64,000 nt of DNA from Tubiluchus corallicola (taxonomy: Eukaryota; Animalia; Priapulida): the NCBI GenBank assembly GCA_030141605.1, contig JAQGDQ010000539.1:62001-126000 (forward strand), read 5' to 3'. Position 1 is the stretch's first letter, and each line of letters starts with the position of its first letter. A program made the position numbers and the translations under genes. The notes under the pieces are model-generated. The model had not been told where the DNA came from. It saw only the letters and a list, made by a program, of their open reading frames with translations, and made no database searches. Of the stretch, positions 25,201 through 35,025 are shown piece after piece.

Positions 25201-28200
25201 AAAGTTTTATTTTAACAAGGTTCACAATTTAATCCAAAGCTAAAAGTCACTTTAACAAATCTTTAACTTATGCGCTTGTACGCGCTTACAACTAAAACGG
25301 TTTATTCAAGAGGATAATCCTGATTAACGAATAAGTTACAAATTGCAATGTTCGCACTTAGGGTGCCAAAGTTACAAATTAATACAACTAGTATCGCCGT
25401 TACAGTAACAGAGTAATAATAGTAAAGTCACTTAACTTGTGGCCTGGCCAACCTAACAATTGTAATTGGCCAGATCCAGACTCCTGAACGAGACTCTTAG
25501 CATCAGAGGTTTGCTTTTACAAACTATGCAGAATCCTTCCACGCTGAGCTAAAGATTATGACTTCTTCGAAGATCGTCTCGCAGTTTTCACGGCAGCTCT
25601 GCTCTCCTCGCAATCCCAGCAACAACAACCACCCTCAGAGCTTGTACATACGTTTTTGAATCGATGGTCACTTTCGTGACATTTCGCCAGTGACACATTA
25701 CAGAGATACTTGGCTGACCACCCACAGATGGTACCTCCTGATTCTCATGGTACTCGGTGTCACCGAGGACAGCAATTTTATTGTTTTAGATCTTAGAGCA
25801 TAGCCGGAGAGACTAGGTTAATTATCAATCGGTGACAATCACTGGCTTTGAACAATAAGCTATCCCGACCAATGGTCAGGCGACTCTCTGTACCACCGTG
25901 TTACGCATTTATGTGTGTTAATGACAGTAGAGTTCACTTAGGCTATTCTGCGTTTGTTTAATATTTCAACATTTTACAATTTACCAACCTCTTGTACTTT
26001 AACTCATTAAATTCAAGATACAAGCTGAGTGAGTCACTTATGATCAAATCGTATAATCTTTGTTATCTAATCTATGATGAGTAATCTAGTCCCAAACTCT
26101 TATCAATTAATTACTCTGATTAATTTTCTAATTAATTCCTTATTCCAAAATTAATTCACAACATTGTCACAGATGACACTGTTCTAGTTAATTGATCGTA
26201 AATCGCTATACACACTCTAATAAACTCCTAAGAGTCAGCGCAGGAATTCATGTTATGATGGTTTTAGTTAGAAGCAAGCAAGCAAATTCTTAGATATACT
26301 AAGTAACATGAGTAATGGGTCTTTATAAAATGAAGTGTAATTATTACTGAGATTTTTGCTTAACAACAAGATGATTGGAGATTAAAGACTATGTCGGATG
26401 ATGATACACATCATTATTTTAAAATTGGCTGCTCTGAGCAAATAGACCAGTTCATAAGAACAAACCTCGAAATTTGTTAGAGCAGAATACATCTACATGA
26501 TGGTGTCAATTGTGCCTGCTAACTGGATTAATTACGCACGTTGTAGCGTTAATATGATTTTGTCTTGAATGTTACGACGGCGAAACACCATTTATTTTCT
26601 ACTCCCCCCTATTATAATGGTACGCGTCCACGCAAAGCCATTGCATGTCATCATTGTATAAGCAGCTTTTGTGTTTAGCTTTTTACATTTCTGACTTGAT
26701 TTCTAAAAAAAATCTACAATATGAATCTGCAACATAATATGAATGATCCTTTACTCTTGGCTGCCTTCACAACAATATCAACTTATTACTAACCTGTTCA
26801 TTTGCGATTTAGTCTAACTTGTATACTTTTGAGCGGCTTTTTCTTTCTTATATAGTTTCCTATTCTTTACATTTTATTTGTTTTATAATGTTGTGTGTCA
26901 ATTTAAAGCCTAAGCAAATAAATAAATAAATAGTATTTATCAGATTTACTTGGTAATGTAGGCACATTTACGTTTGAATGGGAAAACAAATTAGTTTGTT
27001 GTACACATCTTATTACGAAACCTATGCGATTTTTTTTATTGTTCATCCTCAGTAGTAATGAATGTTGTCTAAATGCATAAATAAGAAAAAAAGTATTGGA
27101 GCTAATTTTTACTATAGCCGGTGCAACACGTGCAATAAGTTACGTACTTTGCACCCGACACATACCGAGTTAAACTGTTTCAGGCTTTCAGCTCTGCTAG
27201 AGAATTATGGCGACATTTTATCGTTGAGTGGGTAATAGTAATCATGTTCGGGATCCCCGTGTAGACAGCGTAGCAAAGCTGTTTTCCAGGCTGTGATCCC
27301 ACGATTTACTGACCATACTCGGTACTGCTTAACTTCAGTGATCAAGCGTATATCGTGATCACTCAACTATTGGCACACCTTATTTTTATCACTAATTATA
27401 ATCACGTTAAAGTTGTTTGCCTAAAAGCACCACAAGCACTGCTGCCACTTATACTGATTTGCATGTCATTTGTCGAATTAGGAATCGCTTGAACTTGAAC
27501 TCGGTTAACGCTGTAAATGTTTTCACGCAGTTGTTTCTGAATTTGTAAAACCTCTTTGTCTTTAGCGATGCGAAAGTTGCCTTAAATAGTTTATAGCTAC
27601 TGATTTCCGTTAGTTTTCGTAGAGCTGCCTCCGTCGTATATTTTAACGCTTTTTCTATTTTTTTTTCAGATACTGTAACAGCCGTGTGGTTAAGTTCACC
27701 GCAGACGGACAGCGACTTGACGAATGGGGTGATGACGAGGGTAGGTTAGAGATAAGTATTTACTGAAAAATGCTTAATTGGTCGTGAAATACTAAATGCC
27801 AGTTAGGCAACAGCCTTCGAGCTCTATTGGTAAAAACTTTCGTTAACAGATGACACTAATTAACAGACTGAAAATGTCAAATCTACAATCTTTTTGTAAC
27901 CATACCTAAGGGTTACCCTAATCATCTAATGGTTGGTTAATCTAAAGTGAAAACGGATGCGAAAAAATTGTGACAGAGCCTAGATTTGAACCAACAACCT
28001 TTCGATAACACTGTCGATAACAGTCTTGCGATACAATGTCCAATACCAACCATAACCACGTGGCATACAGCACTTATTGATCAAAGCTGAAATCAGGCTC
28101 AACTACCTTACCATGCAATCATTAGCATTTTCAAAGTTAACTCATACTAGAGTACCTACTAGCTAATTAGATTATTTTTTGTTATTAATCTTGAGGCTAG

Positions 28201-30301
28201 ACTAATGTCCAAACGAGTAATTAAATTAATTATTTCAACAAAAAATTTCAAGATTTGTAAATTAGACATGAATGTACTTGTTTTGTAATGCAAGTAAGTT
28301 GATGACAAATTACATGTACGTCGAACTTTAAACCAAAATTTTCAACAATTTCACTTAAAAACTGAAATTTCTAACATAGTTTGATGGAAATTGATACCCT
28401 ATGTTTGTTTTTCGTGCAAAAATGACCACGGCTCTGTCAAGATGTCTAATTCGGCTACATGCACGGTTGATTTTTTTCTCCAGGAAAAGGTCTGTTTATT
28501 ATTTGCTTCATGCTCTTGACTCTCCCATAGTTTGACTGCAAATATGCGGCTACATCGCCCAGCTATGCGCTAACGAGGGCGTATCAACGACCAGAGTTGG
28601 AGAAGAACAGGAATACCAGTAGAGAATTGTGGTTCAAAAACTTAAACCCTCTTGCACTAATACGTTTGATGCGTGTAATCTCTTATTCAGATTCGTTTTT
28701 GTGGCGACTTACGAGGCGTTGTGGTACAAATGCTGTTTGTGATAAAGCCTTTACTAACAGCGGATTATGCCATAACTTCTCCCCTATCATGTTTACTGGC
28801 TAAGCCAAACAATAAGTCAGTTCCAGCTAACTCTAAACGGCATATTTTATTCATTGACATGCCAAAAATTGTTTTCAATTTAGTTAAGCAGCCATGAAAC
28901 AAAACCCAAAGGAAAAATCCAAACCACTTGGGCTGTGTAGACATCGAGATATTTTTACAGTCTAGCCACATTGGCGAGTTCAAAGGGCACCAGTTTATAA
29001 TCTCTCTTCTTCTTGGTGAATAGAAGTCACCGCGTTGCGTATAATACACTGTTACTTGGCTGTCTACAGCATAGGTATCGCTCTCCACTTAAATAATTAA
29101 TGAACTAATAAAACTACTGTAATTTTAATAGGCCTAGTATTTTTAATAGAACGACTCACAATAAAAATTGCACTCGTGCTACATTAATACAAGCATTGTG
29201 TTACACGTATTAATAGTATAATAATTTTTAAAGCTGGTCCACTGGTAAATTTTAAATGATTTTACAATTAGGACTAATTAAACGCGCCAATGTGACATAT
29301 TTTTATTGTCTAGACGTTTTAGTTGATAAATCAACTATCTTCAGCGACTTACTTCCGCAATTTTTCCAAAAATAGGCCAAAATTGGTCTTAACATTGTCT
29401 ATGATTTTTTCTCAGGTTTTAACATTCCGCACAGTTTAGCACTAGCCGAGGATCTGGACACGTTGTGCGTCGCTGACCGCGAGAATGATCGCATTGTTTG
29501 CCGTCCAGCTGGACTCACTGACAACACTGCTGCCACCAACGGCACGATTCTTAACCACAATCGCTTGGGCCGCATCTTTGCCATTGAGTACAACAATGGA
29601 GCACTGTATGCAGTCAATGGACCTTCGAGAACAATGGAGGAGCAAACGACCGGTTTTACCATAGATATTAACAATGGTCAAATTGTGAGCACGTGGAGAC
29701 CACAAGAGGTCAGTACTTATGGTCAGCCTATATGTATCTCGCTGCGTGTCAACGTGCATTTACTATTATCGAGTACACAGTGGTCTTTAATTCAATTTGT
29801 GCGTGAGCGTCTCGTTTATGGAAGACAAACTGTTAAACAGTAATGTCATTTTGCTGTTTTTTCTAGGTAAACACTGATCACGTGTCTCAGATAATCAGAT
29901 TAACCACTATACATTTGTACAGTATATTGTCAAATTATGTATGATACTTTGTTATTAGCATTACTGGAGTATTTTGAGTTCCACAGTGGCTGAAGTGCGC
30001 ACCATACATCTTACTACTTGTAAGAGGTATAGCATGCATGTATGACGGAAAGGCAAAGCAAAATATTGATTGAAGTTAGCATAGGAAATGTACCACACAG
30101 TTACTGGAAATCGGATAGAAACTCAACTGTTTTAGTCGCAGTCTAGACGGAAGGTGTCATATTCATATTAATTCACTGTTAATAAATGTTATTTTTGTTT
30201 AGGGATTTGGAACACCGCATGACGTGACAACATCACCGGATGGTAGAAATGTATATGTAGGCGATCTTGAGAAAGACACAGTCTGGGAGTTCGAATATTG
30301 A
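1427..30301 (+). CDS. Pal: Monofunctional peptidyl-alpha-hydroxyglycine alpha-amidating lyase (PAL, NHL beta-propeller), secreted/luminal, 365 aa; join(1427..1567,3381..3544,5232..5348,6204..6416,27670..27740,29416..29708,30203..30301)
   Basis: Seven GT-AG exons splice into one open frame (1098 nt). N-terminal signal peptide. PAL motifs LGQVVGLA, LHRASRVW, FYMPHGL, HFCQPTDVAV, DGYCNSRVVKF, FNIPHSLAL, CVADRENDRI and FGTPHDV. No PHM domain and no TM segment. Confidence 0.93.
2965..3075. repeat. (TG)n microsatellite
   Basis: Directly visible. Confidence 0.98.
3381..3544 (+). CDS. Pal: PAL exon 2 (DGLYND...LGQVVGLATDSDGFLHILHRASRVWES)
   Basis: Acceptor ttcttttag, donor GTAAGA, conserved PAL motif. 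Confidence 0.92.
3737..3854. repeat. Compound (AAC)/(GAC)/(AAT) microsatellite, probably the tail of the adjacent minus-strand SINE
   Basis: Directly visible. Confidence 0.95.
3855..4105 (-). mobile_element. tRNA-derived SINE (MetaSINE-like central domain)
   Basis: Reverse strand reads A-box-like CTAGTGGTAA, B-box GAGTTCGA, then GGGTCACACCAACGACTTTAAAAATGGTAC...CTGCCTGG, and ends in a simple-repeat tail. Confidence 0.65.
4180..4260. repeat. (AAT)n microsatellite
   Basis: Directly visible. Confidence 0.98.
4457..4750. repeat. Degenerate (GTT/GGT/GAT/GCT) trinucleotide low-complexity tract
   Basis: Directly visible. Confidence 0.85.
5232..5348 (+). CDS. Pal: PAL exon 3 (SFNKSHFY...GPIQQDVMVKVNPLTGQIMETWGAG)
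   Basis: Acceptor tttcag, donor GTGAGT, phase 2-2. Confidence 0.92.
6204..6416 (+). CDS. Pal: PAL exon 4 (FYMPHGL...HFCQPTDVAVASNGDFFVSDG)
   Basis: Acceptor cattttag, donor GTATGT; lies within ORF 6181..6477. Confidence 0.95.
8124..9150 (+). mobile_element. Non-autonomous Mutator-like (MULE) element with arrays of ~15-bp GGTAAAAATGGCACA in its TIRs (copy A)
   Basis: Inverted arrays of repeats at both ends. Reverse-complement homolog of 18101-19101. Flanks only loosely duplicated (aagaacaat/aacgacaat). Confidence 0.8.
9415..9495 (+). promoter_or_regulatory. Candidate Ihog promoter: NRF1/ewg-like GCGCATGCG (9417-9425) and TATAAATA (9488-9495)
   Basis: Motif matches about 380-460 bp upstream of the Ihog ATG; motif-only evidence. 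Confidence 0.4.
9875..12430 (+). CDS. ihog: Ihog/Boi-like (CDO/BOC family) Hedgehog co-receptor, single-exon CDS, 851 aa: signal peptide, 4 Ig, 2 FN3, TM, cytoplasmic tail
   Basis: Uninterrupted ORF (track 9851..12430; first ATG 9875). Ig motifs DGNYAC, DAGVYKC, DQGTYIC and GFFQC. FN3 motif YRFRIAAVYENNDNKHS typical of Ihog FNIII-1. Second FN3 YEIKMQAYN. TM LLFVILGSVLGCLIVVLVLFMIMCYW. Confidence 0.9.
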   Translation: MARSLSILVRYHVLLQVLVWWWSQKGATGLHFADLSKSMHVKIGDQVKLLCKSVPGNAAKFWFLNNKLVNSGSRSIFLSDVNTTLTIQSFASSRDDPNSSNDGNYACIIRDDTGAIRSQPISVTEARISSFGDKAGVVVVKAIKGNVAVIPCFPPRSNPPAITVFEVNGKTIDTNTDHYLLLPSGNLQIASVQESDAGVYKCLAINPVSLKKRSSKLLTELKIIEQTVDVAVKVVSPPSSQTSIKKSQNFTLECVMEGWPVPTVTWEKYGGRLPEEKYTQILGNLIIHDAHWNDQGTYICRGENGVGNIPRPPVASVDIFEMPYATISPSNITTKIGEKVQFECNTYGKPKPIVTHWLFNGQLVTENSEFFIDANKIFIRSVQKKHMGFFQCFVQNKFGAMQTHSQLIISNVSVPASSTESISSSPVSIDTTVVKDRDSSDNCSSDRRKRRKKCKQKDKVMPDWEEGAIMIPPTRPHVRQIDTRSVVVHWDIPQNDGLRVILFRVQYQELGRDGERPYPRNKAWRTVDEDIPPHQFSWEITRLKPAHIYRFRIAAVYENNDNKHSKNSKNIVIEREPRQQRPGGRRNKDITHAPITPQITHTEALNETTLQVKWDFVNSKRAAAEGFLVHYRPVVSAGPYMLKSVKSSLDRQVLLTNLLPKTTYEIKMQAYNSVGESSFSQLFERRTKAKEVPQLPKESSPEESSSPSSDLLFVILGSVLGCLIVVLVLFMIMCYWKQRQQNKIIREMNAAIRNKYRDPALQNYMDYTYNRKHAVQLGNGSALGNSDYVFSDVLGEDTVVHVPSNELPLTNSGDEADESDNSDDERSDRTDERYLKQELYRNHLSENENDC
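12925..12930 (+). terminator. Candidate Ihog polyadenylation signal AATAAA
   Basis: AATAAA about 500 nt after the stop, followed by U/GU-rich sequence. Confidence 0.35.
13385..13700. repeat. Minisatellite, ~25/51-bp units with a CTTTTGACA core
   Basis: Near-perfect 51-bp duplicate at about 13504-13610 plus degenerate flanking units. Confidence 0.8.
14832..15039. repeat. Foldback/inverted repeat (MITE-like hairpin)
   Basis: 31-bp inner arms at 14875-14905 and 14958-14988, plus degenerate outer arms. Confidence 0.7.
15639..15779. mobile_element. Small MITE with TATGAAGCT...AGCTTCATA termini
   Basis: TIR tatgaagct-aactaagggcca versus reverse complement tatgaagct-ccccgagggtca; internal CGTGG/CACGA repeats. 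Confidence 0.6.
18101..19101 (-). mobile_element. Non-autonomous MULE element (copy B) with 9-bp TSD GTCTAAAAT
   Basis: Perfect TSD at 18092-18100 and 19102-19110; TIRs with 15-bp repeat arrays. Confidence 0.88.
19133..20764 (+). repeat. Local segmental duplication, copy 1 (~1.6 kb)
   Basis: Near-identical to 24258-27245 once the solo LTR is removed. Confidence 0.92.
21827..22026. mobile_element. PIF/Harbinger-like MITE
   Basis: CGGATTCAC...GTGAATCCG terminal inverted repeats, about 200 bp apart. Confidence 0.5.
22952..23047 (-). mobile_element. 5S rRNA-derived fragment (SINE3-like head), copy 1
   Basis: Reverse strand GTCACCGAAGTTAAGCA...CAGCCTGGAAAAC resembles the 5S internal control region. 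Confidence 0.6.
23050..23770 (-). mobile_element. Degenerate LINE 5' region/ORF1 remnant
   Basis: Broken ORFs 23030..23284 and 23310..23501 (PERSVVIENV; GLIRDCDPSLSDEEV) resembling an ORF1p RRM-like region. Confidence 0.45.
24258..27245 (+). repeat. Local segmental duplication, copy 2, interrupted by a solo LTR
   Basis: Direct alignment with 19133-20764; carries an extra ~55 bp near 24346-24400. Confidence 0.92.
24867..26163. mobile_element. Solo LTR (1297 bp), TG...CA, 4-bp TSD TTGT (Gypsy-like)
   Basis: Termini TGTTGT/ACAACA; TSD at 24863-24866 and 26164-26167; empty site visible in copy 1 at about 19680. Confidence 0.85.
27264..27346 (-). mobile_element. 5S rRNA-derived fragment (SINE3-like head), copy 2
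   Basis: Reverse strand GATCACTGAAGTTAAGCA...TGGTCAGTA...TGGGATCACAGCCTGGAAAAC. Confidence 0.6.
27670..27740 (+). CDS. Pal: PAL exon 5 (YCNSRVVKFTADGQRLDEWGDDE; catalytic Tyr)
   Basis: Acceptor ttttttcag, donor GTAGGT; completes the DG|YCNSR motif in frame. Confidence 0.93.
29416..29708 (+). CDS. Pal: PAL exon 6 (FNIPHSLAL...CVADRENDRIVC...WRPQE)
   Basis: Acceptor tttctcag, donor GTCAGT; overlaps ORF 29463..29843. Confidence 0.94.
30203..30301 (+). CDS. Pal: PAL exon 7 (GFGTPHDVTTSPDGRNVYVGDLEKDTVWEFEY*)
   Basis: Acceptor tttgtttag, PHD Zn-ligand motif, stop TGA 30299-30301. Confidence 0.93.
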   Translation, partial: GFGTPHDVTTSPDGRNVYVGDLEKDTVWEFEY

Positions 30302-33300
30302 TCACGTAACGAATTATAGGAGCGAGAATCACTAACTTGCTAAAAGCGTGTTCACTTCACTCACTAGTGTAAAAGAGCTATTTTCCAGCCGGGAATTAAA
30401 TGCGTTTTAATACTGCCCCCTATATCCTATTAACGGTATGAACATTGCCTGTCGGTGATCCGATTGGGTATATGTTGATATTGAGAGACCAAATTTCCAG
30501 ACTAATTTTCGTTTGTGTATTGAAAGTATAAGGCATTCGTTTGTTAACAACGCTAAAGTTGGCCAAAAAATTGCTTTACGTTACCAAGAAATGTTATTGA
30601 TTATTTGGTATGCCTAACTACCATCAATAATTTGCGTTCATACAGATCCAATACATCACACCGACAAAAATCGCGTCATCCTAATTCGTTTTAAAACAGC
30701 ATCATCCTCCTGTCATTTCCTCTTCTACTACCCACATTTCAAGTTTTTCATATTGTCCTATAATCTGACATACACGCTGAGCATAACAATATTCTAATGT
30801 ATCTGAGTTTTTAAATGTCTAGGTAGTCGAGATAATCTCAGAGCGCCTGTTACGAACGCACCTTAATTAGTTTAACTGGCAGTCTCAACGTATGGTTAAT
30901 TATAATATTCAACTAGTGTTTTCAATTTATGTTATGTGATTATTGTAGACATAGATATTTACCAGGCTTTAATGTTGAGTACTGAGTACTAGCCTAACAG
31001 AGTAATCTCAGTTGTATACAAATTTTTCTAAAATATTATCGTGGGTTATTTTTTTCGAAAATGATGCAGGCTTGTTACTTAAATAAAAGTTATTAGTCAA
31101 GACTTTGTTGCTTACATCATGAACGTCAATATTTAGTAGCCCTACTTTTATTAGCCTGTAAAACAATAATAATTATTAATTAATATATTAAGTAGGGTCA
31201 GGATCACATAATTTATGAACAACGGGTCATGTGTCATATTTCCTAACTCATTTTCAGTTGTGTGTTAGGCATTAATGCCACTAACGTTAGCGCCGGTTGA
31301 TCAGAAATGTTTGTGATTATTATTTGTGACTGATGTTTCATTACAAATTATTTCTTAAGTTTAAGTACAGGAGTAACGGCAATAATAATAATATCAGTGT
31401 TATTAAGAATAATACAAAAAATGCCGTTGCAGATTTTTAGAGTTTGCGACAATAAAATTAATGTAAAGAGTTGCTGCTAATAATTCAAACGCCTATGCAG
31501 CAACAGTAAGCGACTTTGGTCTGCTTCAGTCCATCATTCATTTTTGCACTGTGCTACTCATCTTTCGTATAAAGTTTTATGAGCTACTAGCTTTTATTAG
31601 AAACTAGAACTAATTTAAAACATGTATAAAATCATAAAATTTTTTATGTTGCAGCTGCCGTAGATTACGATTGGTGAAATAAATTTGTTGAAAGCTCGAA
31701 GGAATTTATAAAATATCGCTGCTGCGGGCTTTCTGGGTATCACCAGAACTGCTTTCTCTCTTGGACTTCCATGGCCGTTTCGGTATTTTAGCCCCCAATA
31801 AAATTCATTCTGGGCATTACTGGTTTTGGAGACGAACCGAGAAAAAATAACAAATTGGTTTATTTGTGTGGTTACAGAAGATGCCTTCGGGGCATGTGAT
31901 TTTATGTTATAGGCCTGCGATATGTCCTGTACGTGTAGCGCATTATAGTTGTAAGCTCCTAGCCTATTCAGAAAAATAAATACTTATTGTTCAAACACTA
32001 CAGAACTATTTCGGTGAACCCCAGAGAAAGCCCAACAGCAGGCATCCACAAGCAAAATTCGTGTTTCATATCATATGCCAAACTGTCTTCCGTCTTTTTT
32101 TCGGTCATATACTCACACTCCCACATACACACACGCACGCGCGCGCACGCACACACACACACACACACCCTTACGAGTGTTTATCGCATATGAAACATTA
32201 ATCGTGGTACAGCTTGTGAAACTTTGAGTCACACTCCCCGCGCTCGCATATGTTATGCATGTTAAATCTTTGTTGTCCTTTTACTTGTAAAACCTTTAAA
32301 TACAGTCTTAACCCGCGTAACAGGGTTAAACTACTACAACACGCCATACTTTGCTTGTGGAACTGAAGTATACTGTTCACGTGACTTCAGACCTTACGGG
32401 TGGAAACGCCTGCCTCGAGATAAATGTGCCCATAGCCTAGGACAATTACATACAAAGAAAGAGAAATGACAGTAGTTCTATTTTTTAAGAAACAAGTTTC
32501 TTAATTTAAAACAAGTTGCAGAATCCAATAAATACATGAAAGCAATATGAAATTAAAGAGCCCGAAAAAGTCGCGCCACTGGAATAGAACTCAGGCCTTC
32601 TGCTTCTGTCTGGGACTATCCTCCGGCAAATATGAATTTTGGTTCATTGTACAGCAGAAAAAGCAAAATGCAAAATATGTTTCGATAAAGTACACAGAAT
32701 TTTATGCTCCATTTGTTTTTTTCGTTTGTTAATTTCAATTTTCTCTCACTATATGTGACAAGCTGGTTGACTAAACCGTAGTTTGTTAGCCCTAAAGTTA
32801 TGTATCATACTGCAAATGTTCTAGCTTTTTTCAGATTACAAATTTTACAGGTACGTGTCAAAATTTTTGTTAATATAATAATTATACAGTTATTTTAAAA
32901 AATAAACATGTTTTTGTTTGTTCATATAATAATGCCTGAGGTAAATAGACTAAAAAACTTATTTATTCCCCGGCTTCTTGTATATACATTAAAAATTAAA
33001 AATATAATTATGGAATTAATAAAAAGAGCACCAGAAAATTTTTAGACTGGCAAAATGTATCAGATTCTGTAAACTAATTTACAATTGCTAACGTACTGAA
33101 TACTGACTAATTTCTACCAGCTGATCTTTTTGCTGTCCTTAATATATACCTGCGCTAATTAAATTGTAAGAACACAGCTCAGTTGTGGATTACTGGATAG
33201 GATTTTTTCAAATTCAAATCACCTCAAATCACTGTAATTCAGATTAAGTGGTTGCGGGTTTATATTTTACTGTGTGTATGGAGATTATTAAAATTTACTG

Positions 33301-33635
33301 TTATTGTATATAGTAAAACTGTTAACACTTTATCAATTACAGTTTCTGTTAGTGTAGTGAGATTGTTCTATTCATATTAATCCCTGATCATACATGAGGG
33401 CTTCTTTAAAAAGCAAAATGGTTTATCTTGAAAACAGATTTTGCTATCACCAACGGTAACTTAATGCATATTGTGAGTGGCAAATATCAGGAAAAAACAC
33501 TGTCAAATGAATTGGCAGTCATGCTACATTGATTATTACAATGGCAAAGTCTTTACAAGATTCCTGGCTCCATCCATGACATATTAAATGAAGGGGCCGA
33601 AGGGCCACGCCTTTTTTGAAATTATAGGGTAATTT

Positions 33636-33700
33636 CAATAGACACGTAGTTCTTTATGTACAATAGACACGTAGTTCTTTATGTACAATAGACACGTAGT
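33636..33700. repeat. 25-bp tandem repeat x2.6
   Basis: caatagacacgtagttctttatgta repeated. Confidence 0.9.
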
Positions 33701-33899
33701 ACAGTAGATGTCATAATGTGTGTAACAAGCACTATATACTATAACAAGATTTTAATAATGCTTGTGAAACCGTTTGTTCCATACAGTAGTTACAGGACCA
33801 GCTCTACCATTGAGCAAGCTAGGCATTTGCCTATGTCACCAAATTCTGCATGTAATTCAGTAATTTTAGTTTCAGCATAAATAATAATGTAGTAGTTTA

Positions 33900-34504
33900 T
33901 AAGTCTCTTTCCCAGAAAAACTGTTTTCCAGAATTTTTTGCACAGAAAAACGTTTCCCCAAAAATAGATTTGTGGCTTTGCAAACTATATAGATTTGTGA
34001 ATATTTTGATGTCGAGATACTAGTACTTCATATTATTAAGATATTCCTTTGAGATGAAACTGAACTGGCAGAGATGTCACAGTTCATGTACATCTGCTCT
34101 AAATTCTGAGGAACTAACAAAGTAATTTGGGATCACAATAAAATTAAATGCCCAAAAGTGAGATTCGTAAGCTCTCATCCAACAAAGTTGCCAGGTACGA
34201 CATTGCTTAAGTTTCGTAGCCAATCACACGCGGTGATCTCTCACTACTGGGTATTTGAAAAGATCAGAATGACTTGCTATCTTATCATTATGATGTTGCA
34301 AATCTACTTTCCTGCCTTACGGAGCTGACCACACTTTTTTACTATACGATTCTCATAAATCAACACATTAATTTGGCAGTTAAAACAAACAACTTTTTAT
34401 TGCATATTAGCTAACTGCACCTTAAAAAAGATTTATTAAATCTGGGAAAAATCTGGGAAACGGCAATTCTGGAAAAAAATCTTTTCAGGGAACGAGTTTA
34501 CTCC
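33900..34504. mobile_element. Degenerate TIR element with TTCCCAGA/TCTGGGAA subterminal repeats
   Basis: Inverted motif clusters at 33905-33960 and 34441-34500; no TSD found. Confidence 0.45.
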
Positions 34505-34614
34505 ATTTAAAAACTAGCGGTCATTGAACAGCAAAACGATTTAGATTTGATGATGAAATATTCGCAACTAGATCAAAGTTATGGCTGTGAAGATAATGAA
34601 GTAAGAAAAATTTG

Positions 34615-35025
34615 TCTAATTTCACATGTTCAAACAGCAAACGTGTGCAATGGTTTCATAATCTGTGGCTTCTCAAGGTTTCATATGCACAATTTCATTG
34701 GTTTATTAAAAATTCGTACATTCAAATAGCAATTTCATGGCATGTAAAGGTTTCATATGCAGAATCTCATAGGGTGGGATAAATTTCATACAGCAAACTT
34801 GGATAAAGGTTTCACAAGTTGCGAGTGTGAAAGGCTTCACGTGCCCAATTTCATAGGTTTTTTCTAATTTGACACAAAGAACGTGTGTAAAGTTTTCACA
34901 AGCTGCGTGTGTGGAAGGTAAAAGGTTTCACATACTTAATTTCATAGGTTTGGTCTAGTTTTACATAGAGACCGTATGTAAAGATTTCACAAGCTGCGAG
35001 TGTGAAAGGTTGCATGTGCACAATA
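34615..35025. repeat. Degenerate minisatellite (AATTTCATAGG...AAAGGTTTCACA units)
   Basis: Recurrent units visible. Confidence 0.75.
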
